A stretch of DNA of 61,668 bases, filler included, from Sphacelaria rigidula (taxonomy: Eukaryota): NCBI GenBank assembly GCA_964200075.2. It is 8 parts of 8 records of this genome, joined end to end, with 100 filler letters (N's around TTAATTAATTAA, not from the genome) between each part and the next. Parts side by side here need not be neighbours in the genome. Positions count along the whole stretch, not along the records: positions 7,723 to 15,344 come from CAXNAA020014056.1; positions 15,445 to 23,065 come from CAXNAA020014057.1; positions 23,166 to 30,786 come from CAXNAA020014058.1; 5 more parts are not named here. The stretch is one strand, 5' to 3'. Below are positions 10,847 to 23,906 of the stretch, in pieces; positions within the stretch are counted from its first letter, which is position 1, and every line of letters begins with the position of its first letter. Made by a program: the position numbers and the translations under genes. Under the pieces are notes generated by a model that saw nothing but the letters and a program-made list of their open reading frames with translations, ran no database searches and was not told the DNA's origin.

Positions 10847-13800
10847 ATGGTGAGATGTTGCTTGGCGCTCTGATTAGCATGCTGTGTTTTGTGTTTTCCT
10901 TAGCAAGGAGAAAGAGGGTGAAGTGATTGCACCGCCTGCGGGGTACTGTACTGTTCCATGTCCGCTGAAATTTGGTGTCGCGATCTCAGGAGAAGGTTGT
11001 CCCCAATTCGTGTTCTGATCGCTATCCTGTCGGCGTATCCTTGTGACCTTGTTCTGCCTTGATTCGTGCCCTGTTCAGTTCTCTCTCATCGCAGGGTTGC
11101 TTCGATATTTGTTCTCTAAAACAGAGATAAATGTCCTTATCCTGGGACTGGACTATGCGGGGAAAACGGTGAGCTCAGACGCCGACAGCACAACAGCGTT
11201 GCACTGTACCAACATGAGAGAGGAACTTAAGTACTGTTGTAATGCCCTTCCTTGGTAGTCCTGTTCGGTCCAGTATCGTACAGTCTAACGGGCGTGACGA
11301 GAGGGTCTATTAGCACGATTTGGACTGTAGTGCATTACGCGGTGTATCAGATCGCCGTTGCTATAATAGCTATCTGCCTTGAACCGATACAGATTGGCAA
11401 GCACATACTCGTACTCTTGTCAAGGTTCCGTGTCGACATGTACTGCCAGTAACCTTTTTCAGATACTCGGTCGATCACGTGTCGACCTCCGATAGCATCT
11501 TGGCTTGCGTACTGGCGGCTGGATTTCAACCTGTCGCGGAGAACCGCGAGTAGTGAGTACTCGTAGGACCGAGTTGTTCGATTAATGCAGCCTTCAAGTG
11601 CTGAAGGTTACGTACCATGGTGGACAGTAGACAGCAACACTGAATCTCCCAATATTTCTTGATTTGCCGTACAGCAAACAAGCGCCAGACGGATCCCGCG
11701 AACGCTTGACTGAGCGTCGCGGTACGTGTATCAACCATATCGTATGATGCTGCTGTCTTGACTCTTTGTGCCTGCAGCAAGAGGATTCAAGTGCAAATCG
11801 ATCGCATCGCTCAGAAACGGAAAGCAAGCTCTTGCTGTGTGTTGGAACAGCAAACCGTTGTTATATTGTCTACAGTATTGCTTTGCCTGTTTCAACTTGA
11901 CACTTTAAAATCATGCGTGAGGACGCATGCAGCGAAGAACGTTTGACGAGAGTCGACCGGATGCGGTAGAACTGACCCAGTCTTAGAGAACGAAATATCA
12001 GGCAGGTGCCGGGTCAAAGATGAGTTTGATCCTTGGGACTATCTATCCGGCCCGATGAAGGGCATGGTCTAAATGCATGACGGGAAAACTATTTTCGCAG
12101 GGTCGCGGAGTGTACTATCCGGTCCCCGGTAACGCCAACATCCTTGGTGTTGGCGATAATCGGCCATCTAGAGTTACCTAATGCACTGAACAGCTTGTCC
12201 ATCGATTAAAGAAGGAGGTGAAGAAGCGACGTATTCTCCGCATCAGCGGCCTCTCTCATAATGTGTAACTCTTATGAACACACATATCGCTGGCAGACGC
12301 TTCTGGAGCAGATGAAGGGCATTTTCAAGAAAGTCCAGGGAATACCTCCATCGAAGATACCACCAACAGTGGGGTTGAACGGTGAGAGCATTATGCTGCA
12401 AGCCACGCACAACAATACTTCACGTGCCTAGTGGCACTTCAGACTAGAGCTTTAGAAGGCTGTCGATGCTTGTGACACTTTTTTTGGTATGTGTCTGATC
12501 GTTGGTCATGTGCCCGACCATACTGTAGCCTATTCCCCCTTGGTGAGTATTTTCTATGCTGCCCCGAAGTGGTGGCTGTTAATGTACGTCAATCCGTCAA
12601 TCTTACAGCCCGACAACATCACTGATGTGCACTGTTCGCTTTCCCGTCCGTGATTTTATGTGACAGTTGGGAAAATGGATGTCGGGGGATGCAAGCTAAC
12701 TTTTTGGGATTTAGGCGGGCAGGTAAGGGTGACGTCACAGCTCAAGGCTGTGATGGCCGTTAAAACTTGCTCTGGTATTTTTTTCTTTGAACATAAATGT
12801 ACACCTGGGCGACCGCAACGCGTTGATACCCGAGACCGGGTGCACTGAGGGATCGTGTAAAGATTGTTCCCGCCCGAAACGTATTACGTGTTTGGAATCG
12901 AGGATCAAGTAGAGAGCGGACGTGTTGGGCGTCCAACAGTAGTAGAATTCAGAGCACCGTGTTAGTTTGGATGTCACAACCTCTTCTTGTCCACTGATGC
13001 CAAGCCGACAGACAAGTCGTTGCAAGCACGCAGCAGAGGATCCTATCCTCGACATCACCCGCCAGACCTGCAGTTTGTTCAGCGAAGCTGCTGTTTGTGA
13101 TGCTTTACTATACATACTATTTTATCGCTTGGTGATTCATCTGCTAGGAACGTGCGCAACAGAGCGGAGTCGTCAATACCCCCAGGAATTCTTCCGCTGG
13201 TCCCAACTGTTTGCGCAGGTGCGAGTGAGATCGCTGTGGGAAAAGTACTACGCTGATGCTCATGGGTTGATTTTTGTCATGGATTCGGCTGACGTGGGAC
13301 GATTTGAGGAGGCAAGGATGGCTTTTGGTGAGTCAACTCCAACCTCGTCGCCAGGCAGCTTGTGCGAGCGTAAAGCGGCGGAAATCAACTCTGAAGAACC
13401 TTGTACCCGAGTCGCTTTTCATCGAAGACGAGTTTCCAATAAAAACGCGTATCCGTGGTCATCGTGCCAACATGTGCATGCACACTGGGTTTGTTTTTGG
13501 AAAAGTCGGGTTTCTTTCTTCGGGCTTTCCGCCTGTCGGTTTTTCCCAAGGCGTATTTCGAGCTCCATACACCGCGTACCCTGCACCGCTGAAGGGAAGT
13601 AAGCTCGGGAACAGAACCGCTGAAGAACGCTTTCATTTCGATATAGGTGTCGCACAGTGGCTCGCCACCCCACCAAAGGTGAACGAGCAGAGAATGTCCT
13701 ACCAGTTGAGCGATTTCCGCCGCAACATGCTGCGTATCTACGCCCAGGTCACAGTCCAGAGCTCCACGCTCATGCGTTCCCTCGTTTTTCTGATATTAAC

Positions 13801-14579
13801 GGTTGGTTGCGCAGTGACCACCCCCTCGCGCCCCACACCTTTAACCAACAAGCTAACTTTCAATTTTTCTTGTGTGTGTGTGTACGCGCGCTTGTGCTTA
13901 TTTTGTGCTGCAAACTCTTCCACACGCGTCAACTCGTTGCGGGACGCAGATACTGTCAAGGAGCAAGGGGAGCTCCATGGAGTACCATTGATGATGCTTG
14001 CGAACAAGCAAGATTTGCCAGAGGCGATCCCAGCGGATGACATATCCGTACAGTTCGACATGCACAAGATCACACAAGTGCCGTTCCGATTACAACCCTG
14101 CAGTGGCCTAACTTGGTGAGCAATCAATCTGCGATTTCTCACTTAAAGCAAGATCTCTATATTCCACGTCACACCATATGAGGTTCTTTGCCTTATGCTG
14201 GACCTCAGGATGTAGCAATTTGACTCGAGCTGGCGTTTTCGGTCATCACGTGCTGTTTTCAGAATTGCAGTAACAGCAGATACGTACTTGCGAGTGCTTC
14301 AGTGTTCGTTTTCTCTCTCGCCTGTTTCTACATACAGTTGTTCGTATTCATTCACAATTATGCTATGCATTTATAGCTCACCCCCATGCATGTCCAGACG
14401 CGACACTACTACATTGTTCATAATATTTTCATACGAACCCATCGATTCCGTGCCCCCCCCCCCGTATGTGCGTGTGCACTTGCTGACACTCTCTGACTGA
14501 CAGTGACGGGATAACGGAGGGAATCCATTGGATAGTGGACGAGGCGAAAAAGCGTGCGCGACCACGGGTGGACGCATAG
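10847..14579 (+). CDS. ARFRP1: ADP-ribosylation factor-related protein 1 (Arf-family small GTPase), complete, 194 aa
   Basis: Exons 10847-10849 (ATG only), 11079-11168, 12297-12381, 12667-12722, 13219-13327, 13950-14115, 14504-14579; all GT-AG, 585 nt, in frame. Motifs: MFSLIAGLLRYLFSKTEINVLILGLDYAGKT (G1, ARFRP1-type N-terminus), PTVGLN (G2), WDLGGQ (G3), NKQD (G4), CSG (G5). Confidence 0.93.
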
Positions 14580-15344
14580 CGCTACGTCGCTCTTTCCATC
14601 GTTCCCTTTTCTACCACTTCAAGAAGGGGCTGGGGTGGTTAGAGACGCGATCCTTGGAAAATGTACACTTATGAGTTTCGGTTAGTAAGTCTATTGAGAG
14701 AAAAGACACCGCGTAGTGACTTTCCGACACTGTAACACACGACGTTGTCGGCTTTATCTTCAACGCAGCTCCCCTGGTTGGATAATAATCGGACTTGTCC
14801 CACATCACTGTGCACGCCAAGCCCTAGATATACCCTGACGATGGCGGTAGAGTCTTTTCACCATGTTCCCGTGCCTGGTCCACGTGCCGCACCACTAGCG
14901 TATTGCAACAAAGCCCGACGAGCTGCCGCCACCAAGCGCCCGAGGCCGTAAAATACAACTAACATAATCCCTAAATACAGCACCCATGACACGTGAGCAC
15001 CACTGCTCACGCGCCCAGTTGTGCACTGACACCATAGCAGCTCGTTGTGTCCAGTTGCTGCTGCCGACTGCGCCTGTTGTATTTTGTAGAATAAATGGAC
15101 AAGCTTACAATTAGTAATAGCCGCGAGTGCCCTCAGTCGTGCGAGTCAGATGCGAGGTTAACGGCAGCGGACAAAGCTTTGGGGGCGGGAAATATGGTCG
15201 GCAGGGGTATCAATTAAGTTTACATGACCACTTTACCGAGTAGTAGGGAACGTGCCAAATTAGTATCTATAACACACCAAACAACGTTTTCGTGAGATTG
15301 AGAGTAGATGATACCTTTGAGAGTGGCTTTGATCATTCGCTTTA

Positions 15345-15444
15345 NNNNNNNNNNNNNNNNNNNNNNNNNNNNNNNNNNNNNNNNNNNNTTAATTAATTAA
15401 NNNNNNNNNNNNNNNNNNNNNNNNNNNNNNNNNNNNNNNNNNNN
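15345..15444. other. Artificial contig spacer
   Basis: N44-TTAATTAATTAA-N44. Confidence 0.98.
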
Positions 15445-15484
15445 CTTCATGAGGTGTGGGTTGGTGGAGTGGTGCAGGGGCGTA

Positions 15485-15612
15485 CTCATTTGTTGCTTGC
15501 CTTAGTCATTTGACCATTGACCACGCATCCCTTTCGAGACGGAGGGGGGTTCTCATGTGTTGCTTGCCTTAGTCGTCTGACCATTGACCACGCATCCCTT
15601 TCGAGACGGAGC
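15485..15612 (+). repeat. Two tandem ~65-bp units, with an inverted copy at 18153-18213
   Basis: tgttgcttgccttagtc..tgaccattgaccacgcatccctttcgagacgga occurs twice here; its reverse complement cgaaagggatgcgtggtcaatgatcaaacgactaatgcaatcaacaaatgagta is at ~18160-18213. Confidence 0.75.
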
Positions 15613-17402
15613 CTTCTTGTGAGGAGGGGGACACGAAAAAAATGTTGAGGAAAATCCACTGTTATTGATCTCAAGAACGGAAACGTTGCCGCCCACATCA
15701 TATCCCCCGCATGATTGTTCTGAGAGGAAGTTTTTATTTTTTGTTTGTTGCTGGATCGGATGTTGCGTCAGCTCGAGTCAATATCGGTTCTGTCATTGGA
15801 GGAGTGTCATACTCCGAGGAGAGGAGCAGCAGCTAGCTTACCAGTGCGACGTTACCCCCATGCAAACTCATGCACAAAACGGTCAACGGGTATAACTGGA
15901 TCTTGGGCAACGATTTAAGGCACGCACACAGCAACCCCTCCTCCAGTATTGAAAATATGACCGTTTAATAAAAACCAATTTGTGCAAAACAACGAGCAAG
16001 AGCTAGCGCTAGACGCGATGCGCTCGTCGCTCTCCCCCTTTGTTCTCCGCACACTGCACACTTGAGGGGCGAGCCCACAGTCTAATCCGAGCGAATCGTT
16101 TTCGTGACGTGGGATGCCATCGCCCCCCCTCCGTCCCTTCCCTCCGCCCCCCCTTCCGTATTCAAACGTTGGTGTTGGTTGTTATCGTCAAAAAAGTATT
16201 TACCCATGTACTGATTACCTAATTTTGGGAAGAAGAAAAAGGAGACGCGAAAAAAAGAAGTGGTGGAGTGAAGCATAACATGTCGGAGCTTGTACGCGAC
16301 GCGTAATTTCAGCATTTGATGTTGATGTTTTTTATTATTATTATTTTTCTGTTTTGTTCACGTGCTTGACTTCTGCACGCACATTTATCATCCATTCACT
16401 CAACGTACCCTTATCAAGCTTGTCAAACGTGTCATTTTCTACAGAGTTCACGTTCCCATGCTGGCGTTTTCCTGGCTCCTCTCTTCGAGGAATGCTTCGA
16501 GGCGGTGGTCTTGTACCCTGGCCTTACTCCCCCTATCTTTTCTCTCTGCTCCGTATTCTTATTTTTCTATCTATCTATCCATCTCTCTGTCTATCCATCT
16601 ATCGATTGATTTGTCGCACGTTAACTGATTTTCTAGAGAGATCCGGCCGTGGTCATTGTCCACAAGATAGATGTGCTACAAGGTAAACATAACGATCAAC
16701 ACTCGCTGAAAAAGAGGAAGAAATAATAAAAAAAGGAAATAGGAGAGCCAGACTCAGAACAAAAGAAAATGACAAGCACAAAAAGAAGAGGAAAAGGGAA
16801 GGAGGGGAGAAGAACAAAAACAGAAATGGAAGAAACGGTCCAGATGAAATTGACCAAAATAACAGTATGTTGCAAGTATAAATGACTGACTCCTGCAGCA
16901 CGACTTTAGATGAAGAAGGCCGTGCGCAAAACGCGCGTGCGCGCACACACACACACACACACACGGATTGGAGCATGACACAAACACAAATACACACACG
17001 GGTTACAGCATGGCACACACAAATACACACACGCCTTTACAGGTAACAAAATAAAGACAATAGATCGTAGAAGCAGGTTGCGGCAAAGCTTCCATATTTC
17101 GGAACCACCACCCCAAGCCCTACGGAAGCAAGGCAAAAACACTCCTACTGTATAGCCTATTTTCCCTCCATTCTCGTGCGTGTGTTTGTGTGTGTATGTC
17201 GCGGTCTGTCTGCGTGCGTTTCTGTCGGCTGCTATCTGTCTGTCTCTCTCCCTGTCTCAGTAACAAACCCAACACCAACCTACCCCAATCTAGCGCCACA
17301 ATTACGAATCCTGTACGAATATAAGTACGAAATATCGATTATAAATCTTACTGAATATTTCACAGGTTTAATAAAACTCCCATTCGAGGTTTAATAAAAC
17401 TT

Positions 17403-17630
17403 TCATTCGTTCATCATCTTATCTATGTGCAGCATATAATTTACTAGTTTTTGACATTTTTATCGTCCTTTTTTATTCATTGTACAATTGTGACGTTGCT
17501 CGTTTTTTCGAATTATTCATTCGTTCATCATCTTACCTATGTACAGCATATAGTTTACTAGTTTTTGACATTTTTATCGTCCTTTTTTATTTATTGTACA
17601 ATTGTGACGTTGCTCGTTTTTTCGAATTAT
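17403..17630. repeat. 114-bp tandem duplication (intronic)
   Basis: Units 17403-17516 and 17517-17630 are nearly identical and are followed by (AGTATC)n. Confidence 0.85.
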
Positions 17631-17856
17631 TTGTTGTCGTTGTTGTTGGTATTACTATTTAGTATCAGTATCAGTATCAGTATCAGTATCAGTATTAGTA
17701 TTATTGTTATTTCTGCACATGAGCCCGATCTCTCGAACCCGAGGTCACAGACAAAGACTCGCCTCGTAAAAAAACTTGAGTCAATGCTTACGTCATTTTT
17801 TTTTACAGCTGGAACCACATTCCTCCCCCCCCCTCTCCCCAAATTTAACTGCTCAG

Positions 17857-18650
17857 GCGAACAAAAAAAAGGGACATCGCCGGTTCTGGGGACGATAATC
17901 TGCTGCATGCCCTGCTGGAGTGGGCAAGCAAGGAGGAACCGTCTCTGTTGGAGCTCGGCAAAGATCTGCCCACGGTGTCGAGGGCGTCTCGTCTTAGCCT
18001 CGAAGACTTGAAGAAAGAGGCAAGGCGTAGTGATTTCATTCGTCTGTCTTGTCTCCGTCTGTTTTTTTCTGCTTTTATTTTTTTTCTGTCTGTTTCGTCT
18101 GTTTTGTCTGTTTGTCTGTTTGTCTTCCCCCCTCCCCCTTTTCCGTGCGGTGTTCCGCCTCGAAAGGGATGCGTGGTCAATGATCAAACGACTAATGCAA
18201 TCAACAAATGAGTAACTCTCCCCCCCCTTTTTGTCTCGAATGATTTGTCAGCATGACACAATCCGATGATTTACCCAGCATGAAATAACAGTTATGTTCC
18301 GGGGGAGAGATGGGCATATAGGCGGACCACAGGCAGGGGCAGAGTTGATGCGACGCTGCGGTCGCGCGCCGAAAAACGATTTTTTTGGCAATCGGCTGCT
18401 TTTCGCCGAAGGAGTCAGTTTCAGCAGCTGCCGAATGCTTTTTGAGACGTGGAGGTCTGCTGATTCGGCGGGGTAGCTGGGCTAACCGCCGTAGATGTAC
18501 ATATGATGCACGTCGGTTAGTGTTAATTCTTTCTAGCTTTCCTCTGTCAATTAGGTTTTTTGTTTGTGGATGTGGATGATATGCTCGTGGTACGCCGTGG
18601 CCACGGGTTCGCGAGATCGAGCTGATGTCACGGAAATGAAAAATGATGAC

Positions 18651-18698
<48 letters not shown>

Positions 18699-19114
18699 AA
18701 TCGCAATCATAATCGTTATCGCAATCATCATCATCATCATCATCATCATAATCATTATTATCATTATCATAATCGTAATCATTATCATTATCACAATAAT
18801 AATCGTAATCGTAACATAATCATCACTATCATTATCATAACCATTATCGCAATTATAATCGTAATCGTAATCGTAATCGTCATTTTCATCATCATTATCA
18901 TAATCATTATCATGATCATAATCGCAATTATAATCGTAATCGTAATATAATAGTCATCATTATCATTATCATTATCGTTATCATCATCATGATCATAATC
19001 GCAATTATTATCGTAATCGTAATCATAATCATGATCTTTTATTATTATTATCATCATCATCATCCTCATCATTATCGTTATCGTTATCATTATCGTTATC
19101 GTTATCATAATCGT

Positions 19115-19153
<39 letters not shown>

Positions 19154-20783
19154 TATCATTATCATTATCATTATCATTATCATTACCATTATCATAATCG
19201 CAATCGTAATCGCAATCGTAATCGTAATCGTAATCACAATCATCATTGTCATTATCATGATCATGATCATTATGATCATGATCATAATCGCAATCGCAGT
19301 CATAATCATCATCATCATCATCATTATCATGATCATAATCGCAATCATAATCGTAATCGTAATCATAGTCATTATCATAATCATGATCACAAACATCAAC
19401 ATTAACGTGGACACCACAATCATAATCACAAACATGAGCATAAACATTAACGTGGACACTCAAAGTATAATGAATTTCACTGAGCATATTAGTAGCCAGG
19501 TGTAGTCAAACGTGCTTCGTATAAGAAGCCGAGAAATCCATTTTTTTACCCCCGATCCCTTGACACTACGGAGTCGTCTCGTCACGAGAAACGAGAGAAG
19601 TCAAAATTCAGGCGGAGTCCATGAATCGATCAGTTCAGTCATGTCCCCAGGAAAAAAGACATAGGGCCAAACAAGAGTCATCTTGTGTGCGCCGACAGTA
19701 TTTCGGATAAGGTTTCATTTTGAATTGCATCACACGATGAGTACATCCAACACAGGCCAAGGACACGGTAATACCACAGGGTGATCGCCCACATCTGAAA
19801 GATTCGAATGCTTTGTTACCGGCCGAAACATTCGATAATGCAACTCAGATGTTAGCTTCCGGCAATACTTCAATCGAAAAAGAGTGTACTGCGTGAAGTA
19901 TTGAATATGACGTCTTCTGTTGTGTGTGTTGTCGTCCCATCTAATCTGGACGCGGGTCTGCACCTTTCGGTATATGTGAGCGCACCAGCCGGGGTCACAC
20001 AGGAGGAAGGCCAACACAAGTGTCTTTTTCTTTTTTGTTAGTTTTAGTTCTCCACCTTCCTTCTGCGGTGCTTGCCTTTACTTTTTTATCGCGAAAGGGG
20101 TTCAGCCAACCATTTCTTTCCCTCGTCGACCATTAAGTCAAGTAGATTTTTCTTGTCTTTTACAACAGACAAAATCTTCCATACTTGGTGAGTCACAGTC
20201 CTTTGTCCAGGGAGTCTTGTTTAGTTCACTCGAAGCTTTCTCGCGTCGGACAGCTCACGAGCTCGTACCCAGAATGACTGGTAGGAGAGAACTCTCAGAT
20301 CCCTTGTCCGAAAATACGTGACCGCAGGGTCAGAGAAACCAACACAATACCTTTTGCGTTACTACTCCGCATGCTCGGCGTCCAGCTCTGTAGGGAGCAA
20401 ATATCGGAATAAAAAGGGGCCATATGAGCTATTATAGGTCATGATCCGGACCAGTACACCAATAATAAGGTGTCATATTCAGGCAGGTCATGAGCTGTCC
20501 GACGCGTGAAACCTTTTGTGGTGGTTCAATAGTCTTTTTTTTTCGTTTATTCTCATAGTTTATTATCATACTGTATGTTGAAGAAATAAAATTTACCGTA
20601 TTTATTGTACGTACGTTGCAGGTACTGACTTGCTCTAAGGACTTAAGGATCGTGGAAGCCAAGCTGGAGGAGGCGAAGAAGTCCGCCACCGTCACCAACA
20701 ACGGCAGCAACAACGGCAACAGCGACCAGGGGGGCGAGGACCGGTTCGCGGAAAAAGTCGAACCTTTCCTCACCACAGCCAAG
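17857..20783 (+). CDS. Formin (FH2 domain) internal exons 17857-18019 and 20622-20783; partial gene
   Basis: RTKKRDIAGSGDDNLLHALLEWASKEEPSLLELGKDLPTVSRASRLSLEDLKKE|VLTCSKDLRIVEAKLEEAKK...EDRFAEKVEPFLTTAK matches the FH2 pattern TK..D...TLLH...P.LL....L..V..AS...L..L..E / D.F...M..FL..A. A phase-compatible exon end (TTC ATG AG|gt) also lies at 15445-15453. Confidence 0.8.
18643..19460. repeat. ~800-bp compound trinucleotide microsatellite, (GAT)n then (CAT/AAT/CGT/TAT)n, in formin intron
   Basis: Directly visible; accounts for the poly-I/M/D/H ORFs in the track. Confidence 0.95.
19920..20135. repeat. Interspersed repeat, direct copy at 22828-23036
   Basis: gtcgtccc..tctggacgc..cacctttcggtata..gcgcaccagcc.gggtcacacag.aggaagg...ctccaccttccttctgcggtgcttgccttta is present twice. 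Confidence 0.8.
20233..20515. mobile_element. MITE, TIR core TTTCAYRCGTCGGAC family
   Basis: aagctttctcgcgtcggacagctcacga / tcatgagctgtccgacgcgtgaaacctt. Confidence 0.75.
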
Positions 20784-22827
20784 GTTCGTTTCGGTGGGGG
20801 GAAAAGGCCTGAAAATCACAGCAGGATATCAGACACTTGGAGACAACGACTGTACACGAGGGAGCGCGTGCTTTGTTTGTTTGTTTGTTTGTTTGTTTGT
20901 CTTTGTTTTCAGAATATGCACAGATACTTCTTAATGGCCGAGACCCGCGGTCAGAGACTTGTGTCAGTCAGTGTTACTGTCCTGCACTTTTTTTTCTTTT
21001 TCTTTTTTTTCTTTATTTTCTTTTCTTTCCCTTCCTGTGTGCTCCTTTTTTCTTCTCTTTGTTTCACCTGATCTCGGCTTGCTCCGTTTTTTCTCTTCTT
21101 GCCTTTTTCAACCTCCTCTTTTTTTATCACATTTTGTCTTTTCCCCCTCTTGCCTTCTTCCCTTTCTGCGAGTATTATCGTGGATTTTACCCAGGGATAG
21201 GTCGTGTCCTCTGACTACGACTGGATTCGGAGCGAAGTAGTTTACGATCAAATCAAATATACTCTAACCTAATGGAATGGAATTAAATGATTTGAAGTGA
21301 AGCCAGTCAAGTTAATCAAATCGAATCGGTATAGTCGTTGTCCAGAAATTCATCATCTTACTTCCACAATCGGCGCCGCTGTTCGCCTTGACTCATATTT
21401 TTTGTATGCAGTACTAAAAATACTACAACCTGCAGTTTCGTAGATGATCACATGTCGACAGCGTTGACTGATTCATTATTCCACCTTATTATAGCTGATT
21501 GCAACAATCCAGCCCGTGGTCAGGAGAAACAAAAGGAAGAGAAGAAGGAGAAGAGATAAGGAAAGGAATAGAAAAAAGACAGACGCAACAGCCACGGAAA
21601 GGGAAGAGAGAGGAGGCAGCGACAACAACAACAGCAATCACAACACACGCACACACGCACACACACACACACACACACACACGAACACAACGAGCTGATT
21701 ATCTCGCATTATGTAGCTGATTGCAACAATCTAGCTAGTGATGAGAAACAGAAAAAAATAGGGGGAAAAAAATAAAATAAAAAATAGAAGAATAAAACGT
21801 AGCAAGAAATACAAGAGATAAACAGATAGAGCCAGGCTCGTTCCCGGGGGGGAGGGGAGCACAGGCAGAAGGAAAAAAGTAGACAAGGAACAACCAGGAG
21901 CGAAAGGTAAGCAAATCAGAGGCTGGAGCCGAACACAATGCTTCACGTATCTGGCGTAGGCTATGGCGAGTTGGTGTTGGTACTGTCGGTATGAGGCACG
22001 GTTGGTGTTTCTTTACTTACAGTATTCATTTGTTTTCTGTGTAAATGGTTTGGCCCGGTAGATCCTGAGTTGGGTTTCGCACCACACACAAGTGAAGACC
22101 CCCAGCAGCACTCCCACCCTTCCCTTCCTCGCACTCCCCCCACGAAAACTGTTGCGCGGGTCAGCCGGCAAAACGTTCCGAGAAGCAGTCTGTCCCCCGA
22201 GGGGTTGGCATGAAAGTATGTCCCTTTCTGGGGAAACAATATTCGATATTACGGGGGATGGTCAGCCGGAAAGATTGATTCCCAAAAGGTGTCTACACCC
22301 ACGAGATATCGAGGTGGAACAAGTCCCTTTCAAAAGTACAAAATTGTTCCGCACGAGATGGTCAGCCAACGAAACTATTCCGGGAAGGATATTGCTCTCC
22401 CGCCCCCGCCCCCGCCCCCGTCTATCCCGAGAGACTGACGTGAAGCATGTCCCATCAGAGAAATACACTTCTGAGACATGAAGAGCTCGTTCTCTCTTCT
22501 GTAATGTACTCTGATGCGGGTGTGTGTGTACATTGTTGTTTTTGTTCAAGTTGCTGCAAAACAAAGATAGGGAGCAAACAGTATCATGAGGGCGACCATC
22601 GGTGTAACCCCCCGCCTGTTGACGTGCAGTTCGTTCCGCCCGAATCCGGGAAACAAAATCCCCTCCATTACACGATAAGTGGTAGTTACACAGGCGGTGA
22701 AATGAAGCAGGGTCATGATCCATATTATATACCCCCCTCTTTCTTGCCCTCGCCCGCCGCCGCCCTCACGAGCGCTATTTCTTGTTTCGAATCCATAAAC
22801 GTCTTGGCAGTCTCACGTATGTGTGTG

Positions 22828-23036
22828 TTGTGTGTGGTCGTCCCGTCTATTCTGGACGCCGGTCTACACCTTTCGGTATATATGGGCGCACCAGCCGAGG
22901 TCACACAGAAGGAAGGTCAACCCAGGAGCTTTTTTGCTTGTTTGTTTGTTTTTAGTCCTCCACCTTCCTTCTGCGGTGCTTGCCTTTATTTTTTATCGCG
23001 AGAAGGGTTCAGCAGTCCCTTTCCGTCGTCGACCGT
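22828..23036. repeat. Second copy of the interspersed repeat at 19920-20135
   Basis: Direct alignment by eye. Confidence 0.8.
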
Positions 23037-23065
23037 TCAGTCGAATTTTGTGTACCCACGACATA

Positions 23066-23165
23066 NNNNNNNNNNNNNNNNNNNNNNNNNNNNNNNNNNN
23101 NNNNNNNNNTTAATTAATTAANNNNNNNNNNNNNNNNNNNNNNNNNNNNNNNNNNNNNNNNNNNN
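23066..23165. other. Artificial contig spacer
   Basis: N44-TTAATTAATTAA-N44. Confidence 0.98.
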
Positions 23166-23421
23166 ATAGGAATTACCAGACATGGGGTTTAATCAACGAG
23201 AAAATGTGGGCCCAACATTTTGAGCAGATGGGCACATTCCCCTTGGTTAGACGATTAATACGATATGCGAGTCACGGCCCAACTCGTCTGTGTCGACGAG
23301 ATATTGCTTTTAGAGCTTAAATCCGTTTTTAGGTTGGCCCAGCTCGTACATTCTTCCTCATATCATGAAGCCATTAACTAATCTTGGTAAAGTTTTTGTT
23401 TCCCTGCAGTCAATAACCTAC

Positions 23422-23607
23422 CTGAGGTGAAGCCGCGGGTCCGGGCAGTCGTTCCCTGGAATACCTTGCTCCTCCTCCTCCGCTCGCCGAGGCGGAAGCA
23501 TCGGCCGCTGCCGGATCAACGCATGCCGGCGCGTCGTGACCACCACCCCGTCGCGGGAACATGACTTTGTTGTGAAGGAGCCTTGCATGCTTATTTTTCT
23601 TGTTGAT
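23422..23607 (-). CDS. Probable internal exon of an unknown gene (186 nt)
   Basis: tttcgcacag|ATC AAC AAG...CCT CAG|gtaggt; GC-rich and open (INKKNKHARLLHNKVMFPRRGGGHDAPACVDPAAADAS...). Confidence 0.5.
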
Positions 23608-23727
23608 CTGTGCGAAATAGAACGCAACACGTGTGCGTGTCGATTGGGAAGGGGGAGGGATGTTTTTGAACATATCGTGGTTTTAAATTTTGTCGATGAT
23701 CTTTTTGTGCAACCAATAGTGGTGTTG

Positions 23728-23769
<42 letters not shown>

Positions 23770-23906
23770 ACAGCAGCAGCAGCAGTAGTAGAAATGATGG
23801 ACCAGCAACCACTCAACTACTACTTTGCGCGATGACTTGATTTGACGAGGCAACAATTTCCCCCCAGCTTTCAGCCGTTTCGGTTCGCGAACATTTACCT
23901 GTACAC

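Noticed and set aside
12967..14119. 211-aa and 281-aa ORFs as standalone genes
   Set aside because: They are ARFRP1 exons 5 and 6 read through into intron sequence.
16637..16682. Candidate 46-nt formin exon (ag|...CAAG|gtaaac)
   Set aside because: It would shift the frame between phase-compatible FH2 exons and shows no FH2 similarity.
18201..19505. Long poly-Ile/Met/Asp/His ORFs
   Set aside because: These are translations of an intronic trinucleotide microsatellite.
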